The notes: generated from the sequence alone by a model not told the origin. 64,000 nt of DNA from the human T2T-CHM13v2.0 reference genome, Homo sapiens (GCF_009914755.1 NC_060935.1); one strand, 5' to 3'. Shown: positions 42,450-55,399, counted from the first letter of the stretch. Made by a program: numbers and translations.

Positions 42450-44500
42450 AGAGCAGGGCATGTATGAATAGTTGAGAATGGCGAATAGGAGTATGACTAG
42501 ACAGAAGATAGTAGGGATGACAAGTTTTTTGGGGTACAGTCCAAGTTGGTCTGGTTTCTGGAATGAGACTGGGGCCTAATAAAAAGGAGCGTCTATACAG
42601 GAGCTCAAATAGGCTGTACCTTGTAGCATTCCGAGGAGAGGCCTGAATTCTGAGAACAGAAAGTGGTAAAAGTATTGTCCAGTCCTTTTTAAGTTGGTGG
42701 CTGAGCTTGGTGAGGTGTGTTTTTAAAAGACCATTAGTCTGTTCTGCCTTTCCTGAAGACTGAGGACCGTAAGGGATATAAAGGTTTCACTGAATACCAA
42801 GAGCCTGAAAAAATGCTTGGCTGATTTGACTAATAAAGGCCGGTCTGCTATCAGACTGTATAGAGGTGGGAAGGCCAAACCGAGGAATTATGTCTGACAG
42901 AAGGGGAGAAATGACCGTGGTGGCCTTCTTAGACCTTTTGGGAAAGGCCTCTACCTAGCTAGTGAAAGTGTCTACCTAGACCAAGAGGTATTTTAGTTTC
43001 CTGACTTGGGGCGTGTTGAGTAAAGCTAATTTGCCAGTCCTGGGTGGGGGCAAATCCCTGAGCTTGATGTGTAGGGAAGGGAGGGGGCCTGAATAATCCC
43101 TGAGGAGTAGTAGAATAGCAGATGGAACACTGAGAATTTATTTCCTTGAGGATAGATTTCTACGATGGAAAGGAAATGAAAGGTTCTAAGAGGCAGGCTA
43201 GTGGCTTGTACTATAGAATAGCGTGCCTTTGCTGGTGTGTGGTGATGAGGCCTGGTGGAATTGCCATCAATAAACCAAGTGTGATCAGGGTGAGAAACAC
43301 GGAAGAAGGAAATGTGGGGAAATGGGGTGAACGTCAGGTGGATCAGAGAGATGCAGTCATGAGGGTCAGGTGTGGTATCAGGAATAATGTGGGAGGCCGG
43401 ATTGAAGTCCGGGCCAGGAACAATGGTAATTGTGAGAGACTCAACGAAGAGTGAGTACAGCTGAAGGAGCCGGGGAGCAGAAAGTATATGCGTCAGGTGT
43501 GAGGAAGAAAACAGATTTTGGAAATTATGAGAGCTGTAGAGAGTGAGTTGAGCATAGCTTGTGATTTTAAGGGCCTCTAAAAGTATTAGGGCGGCAGCAG
43601 CCGCTGCACGGAGACATGATGGCCAGCCTAAAACGGTAAGGTCAAGTTGTTTGGACAAAAAGGCTACAGGACACAATCCCGGTCCTTGTGTAAGAATTCT
43701 GACTGCACAGCCCGGCACTTCGGCTGTGTGTAATGAAAAGGGTTGGGATGAGTCAGGGAGAACTAGTGTGGGGGCAGTCTCTAAAGCTGTCTTCAAGGAA
43801 TGGAAAGAGGAGTGGGGAAAGGATTTAGGATCTATGGGGTCAGCTAGGTTTCCTTTTGTGAGTTTATATAATGGTTTTGTTAGGATGGCAAAACTAGGTA
43901 TCTAAAGGCGAAAGTATCTAAGTATGCCTAGGAAGGAAAGGAGTTGTTGTTTTGTAGAAGGGGTTGGGGTTTGAGAGATTAGTCAGACACGATTGGCAGG
44001 GAGAGCACATGTGTTTTTATGATAATTATGCCGAGATAGGTAACAGATAAGGAAGAAATTTGGGCTTGACTGAAGTAATGGGGGCTGTCTGTGAAGTTTT
44101 GCGGCAGTACAGCCCAGGTAATTTGTTGAGCCTGATGGGCCAGTCCAAGTGAAAGCGAAGAGAGGCTGGGATGAAGGGTGCAAAGGAATAGTAAAGAAAG
44201 CATGGTTGAGATCCAGAACAGAATAATGGATTGTGGAGGGAGGTATTGAGGAGAGCAGAGTATATGGGTTTGGCACCATGGGGTGGATGGGCAAAACAAT
44301 TTGGTTGATAAGGCATATATCCTGAACTAACTTGTAAGGCTTGTCTGGTTTTAGGACAGGTAAAATGGGGGAATTGTAAGGAGAGTTTATAGGCTTTCAA
44401 AGGCCATGCTGTAGCAGGTGAGTGATAACAAGCTTTAATCCTTTCAAAGCATGCTGTGGGATGGGATATTGGCATTGAGCAGGGCAAGGGTGATTAGGTT
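42450..44500 (-). pseudogene. pol: HERV-H pol remnant (RT N-terminus, connection/RNase H start, integrase C-terminus), frameshifted and deleted
   Basis: PNPYTLLS...YSVLDLNHAFFTIPLHP and TWAVLPQNFTDSPHYF present, YxDD segment deleted. 256-aa ORF 43026-43796 with PVAFLSKQLD and WFIDG. Confidence 0.9.
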
Positions 44501-44639
44501 TTAATGAGATGGTAAGGGGTGCATGATGGTCGCTAAGGAGGGAGTAGAGGTGTCTTATACTTGTGGGTTAAGATGGGGAGATACAAGGGGAGGATGTGAA
44601 GGAGGCTTTGAATTGGGGGGAAAGGCGGCAATGAGGTGT

Positions 44640-44979
44640 GGCTGTAGCCTAGGGATAGTCAAGGAAGCAGATAATTTAGTTAAAGTGTCTTGGCCTAATA
44701 AGGGAACTGGGCAGGTGGGGATAACTAAAAAGGAGTGCTTAAAAGAGTATTGTCTAAATTGGCACTAGAGGTGGGGAGTTTTAAGAGGTTTAGAAGCCTG
44801 GCTGTCAATACCCACAACAGTTATGGAGGCAAGGAAACAGGCCTTTGAGAAGAAGGTAATGTGGTGTGGGTAGCCTCCATATTGATTAAGAAGGGGACGG
44901 ACTTAGTTTCTACTGTGAGAGTTACTTAAAGCTCGGCGTCCATGATGGTCTAGGGGGCTTCTGAGGCGATCGGGTAGTG
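44640..44979 (-). pseudogene. pro: HERV-H protease remnant (inactive)
   Basis: Active-site region reads FLINMEAT instead of LxDTGA. LLGQDTL corresponds to the GRD motif. In-frame stops present. Confidence 0.8.
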
Positions 44980-45309
44980 TCAGTCTTCAGCTGCTAAGCT
45001 GAGAAGATCTGGGAAGGAGTCCGTCAGAGACACTTGGGCCAGAATTCTAGGGGCTCTGGGAGTGGCTGTCAGGTGAGTTGAACAGTCCGATTTCCAGTGG
45101 GGTCCTGCACAGATGGGACATGGCTTAGGAGGAATCCTGGGCTGTGGGCATTCCTTGGTCTGGTGGCCAGATTTCTGGCACTTGTAGCAAGCTCCTGGGG
45201 GAGGCGGTTCTGGAGGAATACCTGGCCACTGCGGTTTAGGTGTTTGGAAGTTCTTGTGTGCTGGAGATGTGGCTGGGGTTTGTCTCACAGTGGAGGCAAG
45301 AAATTGCAA
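44980..45309 (-). pseudogene. gag: HERV-H gag C-terminus (nucleocapsid, two zinc knuckles)
   Basis: CYKCQKSGHQTKEC (CX2CX4HX4C) and CPICAGPHWKSDC (CX2CX3HX4C). Gag stop at 44980-44982. Upstream gag is broken by stops. Confidence 0.9.
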
Positions 45310-46264
45310 CTCAGAAATATGTTGCTACTTGGCTGCCTCTACTTTATTATTGTACACCTTGAAGGTGAGGTTAATTAAGTCCTGTTGTGGGGTTTGAGGG
45401 CCGGAATTTAATTTTTGGAGTTTTATTTAATGTCGGGAGCAGATTGGGTAATAAAATGTATATTGAGAATAAGACGGCCTTTTGACCTTTCAGGGTCTAG
45501 GGCTGTAAAGCGTCTCAGGGTTGCTGCCAAACGAGCCATGAACTGGGCTGGGGTTTTATATTTGATGAAAAAGAGCCTAAACGCTATCTGATTTGGGATA
45601 AAGAAAAAGGAGCATTAACCGTGACTATGCCTTTAGCTCCATCCACTTTTTTAAGAGGAAATTGCTGAGCAGGTGGGGGAGGGCTAGTTATGGATGGAAA
45701 CTGTAACCAGGTGTGAGGAGGGGAGGTGATAAAAGGATTATAGGGTGGAGGATCGGAGGCTGAGGAAGAATTGGGACCTAGATTGGCCTGGCGAGGAGGG
45801 GAGAGGTCAGATGAATTTGTAGAAAAGGAAGATTAGAAAGACTTAGCTATGCTTGAGGTTGGGACTGAGGGGACAGGTGGGAGGGAAAGAAGGAAGATTT
45901 GGGATGAGTTGCATTGGGAACAGAGACTAGGGAGGGACTGATGTGTAAAAGAATGCCTGGACATCGGGCACTTCAGACTATTTGCCTATTTTACGAAAAG
46001 AATTATTTAGATCTTGTAGGATGGAAAAACTGAAAGTGCCATTTTCCGGCTATTTGGAACTACTGTCGAGTTTGTATTTGGAATTACTGTCGAGTTGTAA
46101 TGTCAAGCAGCATTGCAGAAGAAAATAAGATGCTTAGATTTTAGGTTAGGTGAGAGTTGAAGAGGTTTTAAGTTCTTAAGAACACAGGCTAAGGGAGAAG
46201 AAGGAGGAATGGAAGGTGGAAACTTGCCTATAGTGAAGGAGGCAAGCCCAGAGAAAAGAGAGTA

Positions 46265-46620
46265 GAGACACGGAGAAGGGGTGGGGGGTTCTTGCCTTCC
46301 AGAAAAGCAGAGAAGGGGTTGGGGCGCAGAGACAAGAGGTCAGAGCATGGAAATAAGGGATTGGGGTGCAGAGATAAGAGGTCGGGGTGTGGAAATAAGG
46401 GATCGGGGCACAGAGATAAGAGGTCGGGGCACAGAAATAAGGGATTGGGGGTTCTTGCCTTTTAGAAAAGCGGGACTTGCCACTAAGGGTGAAGGAGAAG
46501 GGGTTGAAGGGTTCTTGCCTCTCTTCTAGAAAAGCAGAGAAGGGGTAGAGACATGGAGAGAAGGAGTTGGGGTTCTTGCCTCTCCTCCAGAAAAGCAGGA
46601 CTTGCCGCTAAGGGTGAAGG
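46265..46620 (-). repeat. HERV-H leader tandem repeats
   Basis: Alternating ~20-bp GAGATAAGAGGTCGGGG / GAAATAAGGGATTGGGG units (46330-46450) and four GGGTTCTTGCC...AGAAAAGC units. Confidence 0.9.
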
Positions 46621-46906
46621 ACCAAGGCAGGCATTCCTACGTGGTCTGACACCTCTGAAACCTGGATGAATAATCCGAGAGGTGTCTTTGCAATGATTAA
46701 ACACCAAGGGAAGGCTGCCGTCCTTAGTCTGTGACTGGCGCCAGAGTCTTGGGTCCACGGATAAAACATGTCTCCTTTGTCTTTACTAGAAAATGAAAGG
46801 AATTGAAATTAAGAGAAGGGAGAGATTGAAGTGTGGTGCCAAGATTGAAAGGAGAAAGAGGTTTAGGGATAGTGAGGGAGATTGGAGAAGAGAGTAAAAA
46901 GAGGCC

Positions 46907-46915
46907 ACTTACTGG
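46907..46915 (-). other. HERV-H leader major splice donor
   Basis: Minus strand CAAATCCA|GTAAGT at the position of the consensus donor (AAATCCG|GTAAGC). Confidence 0.75.
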
Positions 46916-47038
46916 ATTTGAAATTGGTGAGATGTTTCTTGGGCTGGTTGGTCTGAGGACTTGAGGTCATAGGTGGATCTTTCTCACAGAGCAAAGAGCA
47001 GGAGGACAGGGGATTGATCTCTTAAGGGAAGTCCTCTG

Positions 47039-47056
47039 ATCCAAGTCACGGCACCA
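47039..47056 (-). other. Primer binding site for tRNA-His
   Basis: TGGTGCCGTGACTTGGAT, one mismatch (CpG transition) from the complement of the tRNA-His 3' end, 2 nt from the LTR end. Confidence 0.93.
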
Positions 47057-47058
47057 AA

Positions 47059-47452
47059 TTTCACTCGCGTCTGTGTGAAGAGACCACCAAACAAGCTTTG
47101 TGTGAGCAATAAAGCTGTTTATTTCACCTGGGTGCAGGCGGGCTGAGTTCGAAAAGAGAGTCAGTGAAGGGAGATAGGGGTGGGCCCATTTTACAGGATT
47201 TGGGTAGGTAAAGGAAAAAGTGGGGTTGTTCTCTGGCAGGCGGGAGTGGGGGTCACAAGGTGCTCAGTAGGGGAGCTTTTGAGCCAGGATAAGGAATTTC
47301 ACAAGATAATGTCATCAGTTAAGGCAGGAACAGGCCATTTTCACTTCCTTTATGGTGGAAAGTCATCAGTTAAGGCAGGAACCAGCCATCTGGATGTGTT
47401 CGTGCAGGTCACAGGGGATATGATGGCTTAGCTTGGGCTCAGAGGCCTGACA
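47059..47452 (-). promoter_or_regulatory. LTR7 (5' LTR of HERV-H, 394 bp)
   Basis: TGTCAGG...GAGTGAAA. Two copies of GTTCCTGCCTTAACTGATGAC. AATAAA at 47118-47123 (minus). TATA position reads TGTAAAA. Confidence 0.95.
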
Positions 47453-49270
47453 GATGCAATATCAACATAAGTAAATCAATAGTTTTTCTATATACCTGTA
47501 ATATACAATTGCAGAATATTAAGAAAAAAATCCAATAATTATAACAACAAAAATCTATAAGGGAGCATAATGTAAAGCTAAAAGAATGTATGTGATGTTT
47601 ATGATGAAAATTACAAAATATTATTGAAGATAATAAAAGAGACTCGAGAGATATACCATGTCTAGAGAGTCAGAGATAATTCAATGTCATGAAGACACCA
47701 ATTTTTCTGAAAATAATCTGTAAATTTAGTTAATTTATTCTAAAGTTCAACGTGTGGTTTACTGTTGTTGACTTTGAAAAGTTAATTCTAAAATTTACCT
47801 AGAAGAGTAAGGGCTAAACATGGTCAAGGCACTTTTGAGAAAAAAAAAATCAGACTTGTTATATTATAAATTAATACTTTAGTGTTTTATTAATGGAAAC
47901 AGTGTCCCATTGATGTGGGAATCAATAAATAGAAACTATGTCACGTAGAAAAACATATATATGCAAAAACTTGATAAACAAATACATAATATTATTATTA
48001 TTTTGAGATAGGGTTCTCACTATTTTGCCCAGGCTGGTCTTGAACTCCTGGTGTCGAGCAATCCTTCCACCCCAGCCTCCCCAAAGGCATAAATTGTTGA
48101 TCAGTGAGGGGCTAGAGTGTAAGTAATGCTGGGCCAATTGATTATCTATTTGTAAAAAAAAATATTAATTAGCCACATACTTCATATCCACACCAAAATA
48201 AATATCAGGTGAATTAAAGACATATGTTAGAAGGAAAACTTAAAAGATTTAAAAATGTGTATTTACTATAATAACTTATAGCCTTCGAAGAAGAACAAAT
48301 AAATTTAATTTCTTAAACAAATTGCAAAAAGAATACATCTTACTAAACCAAACGGAATATTTTGTGTATATGAAACTTTAAAGCTTCTGTACAGAAAAGA
48401 TATCCTAAGCAAGCAAAACAAACAAAAATGCCAAGTCACTACCTAGAACACATTTGAAATGTATATAGCCAATAAAGAATTCATAGAAAGAATATGAATA
48501 TGTAATACACAAATCACAAATAAAAGGCCAAAATAAAAGGGATCAAAGCATTCGTATGAGCAAATCACGAAAGAAGAATCTCAAAAGGCCAATAAAAATG
48601 TGGAAAACTAGTTTAAAATTATGAAAAAAATTCCCTTCACAAGAGAAATTTAGAATATCAACTATTTAGAAAGAAAATTGTTCATTATTATAAATAAGCA
48701 GTTCTTAATAAAGTACAAAAATTTAACATCTGATTCACAGAATTAGAAATAGTAATGGTTATAAATCACATAAAATGGGTTGGTATCAGATGAATAAATG
48801 AAAAAAGAAAATCCACAATCTGATATTCTTTTCCCTATCAAATTTGGAGAAAATGGAAGTATATCCACTGTTGGTGAGGTTGAAGTTATTCAGACAGTCA
48901 CATGCCTCTCAAAAATGCATCAATAGTAAAAATATTTGGGGAAAATATGTAGTCGAGAATGTACTAATATTTCAAATTTCATATCTACAGGCCTAGGAAT
49001 TATATTTCTACTTCTCTATCCCAACTAACTAAATAAATAAAATATCTGTCAAGATGAAATGTCTCCAACAACCTTGTAACAATAACAAAAATAAATAAAC
49101 TGCAAGAAATGGAGAAAAAAATTAAAAATGCACGCAATGAATTAATATTAGGTATCAAAATATTCAGTGTAGCATCAATCCAAAATTAGGATGCAAAACT
49201 GTGTCATAGTATGGTTACATATATGTGAGGAAAAATATTAAAAACTTACAAACAACTACTTATTTCTCAT
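47453..49270 (+). mobile_element. L1ME-like ORF2/3' UTR, continuation of the HERV-H host element
   Basis: GATGCAATATCAAC...AAATCAATAGTTTTTCTATATAC continues the L1 ORF2 text interrupted at 42097. Confidence 0.75.
47990..48087 (-). mobile_element. FLAM_C / AluJ left-monomer fragment
   Basis: (TAT)n tail, GAGATAGGGTTCTCACTATTTTGCCCAGGCTGGTCTTGAACTCCTGG. Confidence 0.85.
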
Positions 49271-50354
49271 AGTGCACTTGTGAGTTTTCTTCGTCACTTT
49301 GTCCATGCTCCTGATCTTCCAATCTTCCCATTATGCATGGGTTATTACACCTATGGTTTAAAACAACACCAACTTGCTTGTATTCAAGTAATTAACATTT
49401 TAATCTTGTAATTAAATTGTTGACTAATCCTGATATCAATACTCTATGCTTCTATTATCTTTATCTATATACATATATTTATATCTATCAGTAAATATGT
49501 AAATTTACAAAATATATTTACAAAATAATTTGTGTTTTTTTAACATTTTAATTTTTAATTTGTTGTTTATAGAAAGCAAGCTATATCCTCCTTTTTGGAG
49601 GAATTGAGATCTTTCAGATGCCTGTTAGGTTAAAATTGCACTTCACGATTGTTTTGTACAATTCAAATAACTTTAAAATGTTCATGAAGAAAAAAAGAAA
49701 TGTTTCTTTAAGAAACTATTCAACTTGGTAGAAAGTTTGTTGTTAATAAACTCTAGAAGTTAAATAGACTGTGAAATAATTCTATTTTTAAAATCTTGCT
49801 CTATGTGAAATCTGAAGGGATTTGTCATGGGGAGATAATGATTGACACTTTGGTGGCTAAGGAAGCTAAAATAAATTTTCTCTGATTGGGAAAGAGAGAT
49901 TCGTAAACCCTATTTCATTCATTCATTCATTCATTCATCCAAGTTATGGACAGAAATCCATATATGGGCAATATCTCTGAATTCTGAACATCCATAAATA
50001 GAGTTTGTCCTCTAATCATGTAAACATAAAACTCAGGGTCTTGCATCATGGGAGATACAGAGACAAAGAAATTGGGATTTGTTGGGAAATGAATGAATTT
50101 GAAAGGGGTGGAAGTAATGCCTCCCGGTTGTAAAGCATTTTAGGGGTGGCTAGTGGTGAGGGATAAAGGAAAAATTGACAATGACAATTTTCAACAGAAA
50201 CAAAAATCCCTCGTTCAATTTCCACATGAATTGGAGACCCTGGAAAACCAGCAATATATTATTTGAATTTCTGAAATGTATATAAGGAGCAGTTCATAGT
50301 TAGAACGCCTGATGACTAGGTTTTATTTGTTGGGATGGATCAGAATTTGTTGAA

Positions 50355-50530
50355 ATTTTTTTGTTGTTTTTGATTTTGTGTATGTGTGCGTGGTTGTGTG
50401 CATGGTGTGTGTTCCTTTTCTCCTCCTCCTCTCCCCCTTCCCCTCTTGTGCTCTCCTTTCTCTTCTCCTCTTTCTCCTCCTCCTCTTCCTTTTTTTCCTC
50501 CTCATCCTCCTCCATTGTTTTTCTTCTTCT
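50355..50530. repeat. Low-complexity T-rich / (TG)n / (TCC)n tract
   Basis: Directly visible, with a ~100-nt polypyrimidine stretch at 50411-50513. Confidence 0.9.
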
Positions 50531-50616
50531 AAGATTTGCTATTTAAAGCTTGTGAAAATGTGTGGTAAGGAAGAAAGAAAAAAACATATCATACATATGC
50601 CACTAAACAGGGCTAG

Positions 50617-50736
50617 TGTTGCCAAGGTTGGAGTGCAGTGGCTATTCACAGCCATGATCATGGTTCACTGCAGCCTACAACTCCTGGGCCCAAGTGATCC
50701 TCCTGCTTCAGTCTCCCAAGTAGCTGGGACTACAGA
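50617..50736 (-). mobile_element. FAM (fossil Alu monomer) internal fragment
   Basis: GAGTGCAGTGGCTATTCACAG keeps the 7SL-derived GTGAATAGCC segment lost in dimeric Alus, but lacks the 7SL S domain. Confidence 0.85.
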
Positions 50737-52105
50737 CTAGAAAGGTATATCCCATATGGGTCTTGAAGGAGACTAAAATTAGCATTTGCAGTCCTTAGAG
50801 TGAGACTGTTAAACAATGTGTCCTGAACAGAGAAGAAAACACAATTCTGTCTCACATTCTAATTTGAGAGACGAGCAGAGTGTTGATGTGCTTGAAGGGA
50901 CATACACAGCTGTGGTGGTCCAAGACTTTTTGTGTGGACTTGGGCAACTATATGCTTATTAATTGCTGTACGCATTATATAGCATTTTCTGTCAGTTACG
51001 ATTTCAAACGTAATTCTCTTCATCCTTCCTTTTGGCCCCATGTCCTTCCATCCTCTTCCTCTCTCTATTCCTCCTCCCCTGTCTCCTTCTTACAGCAATA
51101 TCTAAGGTAAAGGTCTCTACCTTCTATTTCTGACATAACCAGGAATGCTAGAAAAAGTATTTATGCATCTGTGGTGGTGATTTGGAGACTAAATAATTTC
51201 CTGAGGCCACTTAGGTAAACATGCGTAGATGCAAATGTAACAAGAGTAAGACTTAAACGTTAATTAATTCATTAAATGACTTACTGAAAATAAAATATAT
51301 AAGCTACTGCTATAGTGGCTTGGAGGGTGCAGAAATACAAAAAATAACTGTTGTCCTTGCCCTTAAGAAATGAATATACTAATGAAAATGAAAAAAATAT
51401 ATAATTGTGATATGCATAATAAGTATCATTCTACACAGCAATTAGGCCAAAATTGTAAACTGTAGATATCGATGACAGTAATTAACATTGCTTTTACATA
51501 AACAAACATACAATTACAGCTTAAAAAACAAATCTTTCCTAATATAAATTAGCATCAGTATTCACCACTTTTTTTTCAGACACTATCTACATGTGGAGTA
51601 GTTCTCCCATCATTCTTATGTGCATCATCATCCTGACTCACCATCTGTATGAACAAACGCCCTGGATCTAAGACCTCAATAGCCACAGGTCCTTATTTTA
51701 CCTCTCGTGCAACCACCAGCTGTAGCAAAGAATTTTGGATTTCGTAGTGTACTTCTGTTTAAGAGATGATCTTGGGGAACACATTCGGCTTCCTCTGTTT
51801 ATCATGCTTACGGTTTCTTAGATTCTGTGGCATTGAGATCACAAAGCTGTCTATATTTGTGCTGGAAGTGATGGTGTGATCGCCCTCCACAGATGGGTCA
51901 AAAGAAAGGATGGGACAAGCAGCAGACAAAATTAGAAAAGGGCTTTGTGTAATTTATATCTCCAAATTTTGTGATAGGGTAAGCCTAAGAATGTTATGGT
52001 CAACTCAAGAGTGGTTAAGAGACAGACAGGAAAGAAAACTATGAGAAAAACTTAGGAAATTTAGGAACTGGCACAAAGCAGAGGTTTGCAAAATTTAGTG
52101 TACTT

Positions 52106-52412
<307 letters not shown>

Positions 52413-53036
52413 CTAATTATCTTATTAAAATTCTGATTCCTGAGCTCCTCCCCAGGAAATATGCCCCTTTCAAGGGGCCTGGTTATTCCAATGCAAGCTG
52501 CAGTGTCTTTGGAGAGTATGGGGTGAGAGGCAGATAATGGCAGGTTCATCTCTCAGCTATCATTGAGTTTGAATGGTGGTGGGCAGGCTCAGCTCCCAAG
52601 CCTGCAAGAGAAAGCAGCTCCTAATTCAACTTGTATTACCTTTCCTTTAATAGTTCCCAAGAACATGTAGTCTTTAAGTGGCCACAGCCAATTTGACTTC
52701 ATTAGTCTTCTGCAAGAAGACACTGGGACATGTGGAGAGGAGTGAGAATGGACCATATTTTTTATTTCTTTCCTACTCACTCTTACCCACTGCACAAAAA
52801 AGGCTTTTAGAAATTTATGCCTAGATGGGATTTACATATTCAAAATATTGATTTATGATTTTAAGGTTAAAATCAATTTCTTCCAATTCTCCATGGTCTG
52901 CTGATGCATGGAGTTCCATTAAGAAGGAAATAGTTTTTAATTCTATTTTCCATTTCTATAATTAAGGTTAAAAAACTTCAAATGCAACTACCTATTGAAG
53001 GGATTTATACTCAAAAGTTATTTAATATAAATGTGA

Positions 53037-53426
<390 letters not shown>

Positions 53427-53941
53427 AGTAATTTTGTCTTAAAGCATCACAAGGCCAATGCTACTACACTGAAGAAGTAGGAGGAGTTGCATTTGGAATG
53501 AAGTAGGACACACAGCTGTTTTTGTTCTCATTAGAGCATGAAGGGAAGCTTCAGCTGGATCTGTGATCACAAATGCCCAAGGTATTGGAGCAACTCTGAT
53601 CCTAGTTAAGGCCAAATAAACAAGCTAATAGAAAGACTCCAAGCCTGAAACATAAGAACAAGCCAGAAATAGTTTTCCCAAGCAATAGGTTTGCTGCAAA
53701 TTATAGTGGCATCCAAACAAATGAACCTCTTAGAAGCTCTGCCAACCGTGGAGCAGAAAAACAGGGGAAGGTAAACTCACAAGATATTTGGGGATAACTC
53801 CAAAATTTATATTAAGATCCATTTTGATGTTTATGTTTAGTAAGGCAGTTTGCACAGTTGTTTTTTTAATAGCCTTATTTATATTACATTTGTTTTGTCA
53901 TATCTGTTACTATAAATTTGATTGTTAAATGTAGAATAATG

Positions 53942-54095
53942 CCATATTTCCTGGATTTCAAGACATGATTGATTTTAAAATGAATCATTAATTTCATAAC
54001 AGCTTTTAGGGGATGTAGAGCAAAAAGAACCTACCACATGAAATTTACATATAGATGTATGCATGTGTGAAAAATACAAAGTGCATTTAAGAGAA
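53942..54095. mobile_element. Possible Tc2-like (MER104/Kanga) DNA transposon remnant
   Basis: CCATATTTCCTGGATTTCAAGAC...ATAACAGCTTTT...TACCACATGAAAT resembles recalled Tc2 MITE termini. Confidence 0.4.
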
Positions 54096-55076
54096 GTTAT
54101 TGTATTTCTCCATATCATTCTGATTGTGCAAGCTTCCCTCTCTCTGTCTTCTGTGTTAAGCTGTGCAATTACACAAAGCCCCAGAGGTCACACGATGATG
54201 TGATGGCACCTGCCAGAACGGCAGGCAAATTTAGGATAGGAGATATTCAGAAGACGCTTTTGTGTCAGCCTCCCATTTCCAAACCTATTAAACAAGGGCA
54301 GGCTTCAGTACTGCCTAAGTATACGCCATTATGAAAATCCCATACAGAGGAGGAGTATATCTTCAGGTTCTAAACTGAAAAAATAGAGGCCTTTCAAAAC
54401 AAGCTATTTAGGAAGTACGTTTCTTCTTCATTCACAGCCCTCACCAGAAACTCTGGAAGAACAATATATAGTTGACTTGTCCAAGGCAAAAAGGGGTTGC
54501 TTGCAAGGCCTGCCTGCATCTGTCAACACAAAAATATTTGCCCATGTACAGATGAAATATAGCTCAGCCAGAAGACGTCCGGGTTTGCCATTTGGGGAAG
54601 CACACCTGTGTTCTAAGATTAACTGGGAATCTGAAACACTTTGTTAAAGATTTACTATTAATCCTTAAGAAATGAAGGGATTTTGCTGCCTGTAGTAAGA
54701 CCATGGTGCTTTTTTTTTCTCCCTCAATTCTAAGTGCTATGATGATTGAAATGGTGAAGTTCCTTCGGAATGGGGCAAGATGCCTCCCTTCATCTACTGT
54801 TGTGGAGCTCAGACCAGCCCTGAGCTTCCCACTTCAAGGACAGGAATTTCCAGAGGGACTAGTTAGCTGACTTCCCTGTTATGGGTCATTCCATTTTGTA
54901 AATTGGTGCCTCTATTTTAGTTCAGGATTTTCACCTTCCATTCCAAGTGAAGGTAATAGCTCAATGGCTTCCCTTTAGTACGTGTTTCCAAAAATCATAC
55001 ATGGCACTGGTGGTAGGGACTGAAACATTACAAACCACACAAAGTAGCTGGAAGAATGTTCCATCTACTTTTTTGA

Positions 55077-55399
<323 letters not shown>

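Larger units (their letters stand above)
42100..47452 (-). mobile_element. HERV-H provirus (deleted RTVL-H type): 5' LTR7 + internal region, 3' LTR absent
   Basis: LTR7 start TGTCAGGCCTCTGAGCCCAAGC on minus strand, tRNA-His PBS, gag/pro/pol remnants. Internal sequence stops at ...AATCTCTCCCACTCTAG and runs directly into host L1. Confidence 0.96.

Noticed and set aside
43026-43796. Longest ORF (256 aa) as a functional gene
   Set aside because: HERV-H pol connection/RNase H remnant with a non-ATG start. It shifts out of frame after a deletion, and RT YxDD is absent.
46265-46620. Repeat-spacer-like array (CRISPR-like)
   Set aside because: Alternating tandem units of the HERV-H leader with no unique spacers, in eukaryotic context with no cas genes.
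47039-47056. tRNA-His gene fragment
   Set aside because: Only the 18-nt retroviral primer binding site adjacent to the LTR.
50617-50736. 7SL RNA gene or pseudogene
   Set aside because: Lacks the S domain. Sequence continues as Alu-type monomer, so it is FAM.
50300-50740. Glu/Lys/Arg- or Ser-rich ORFs
   Set aside because: Translation of a low-complexity (TCC)n tract plus FAM.
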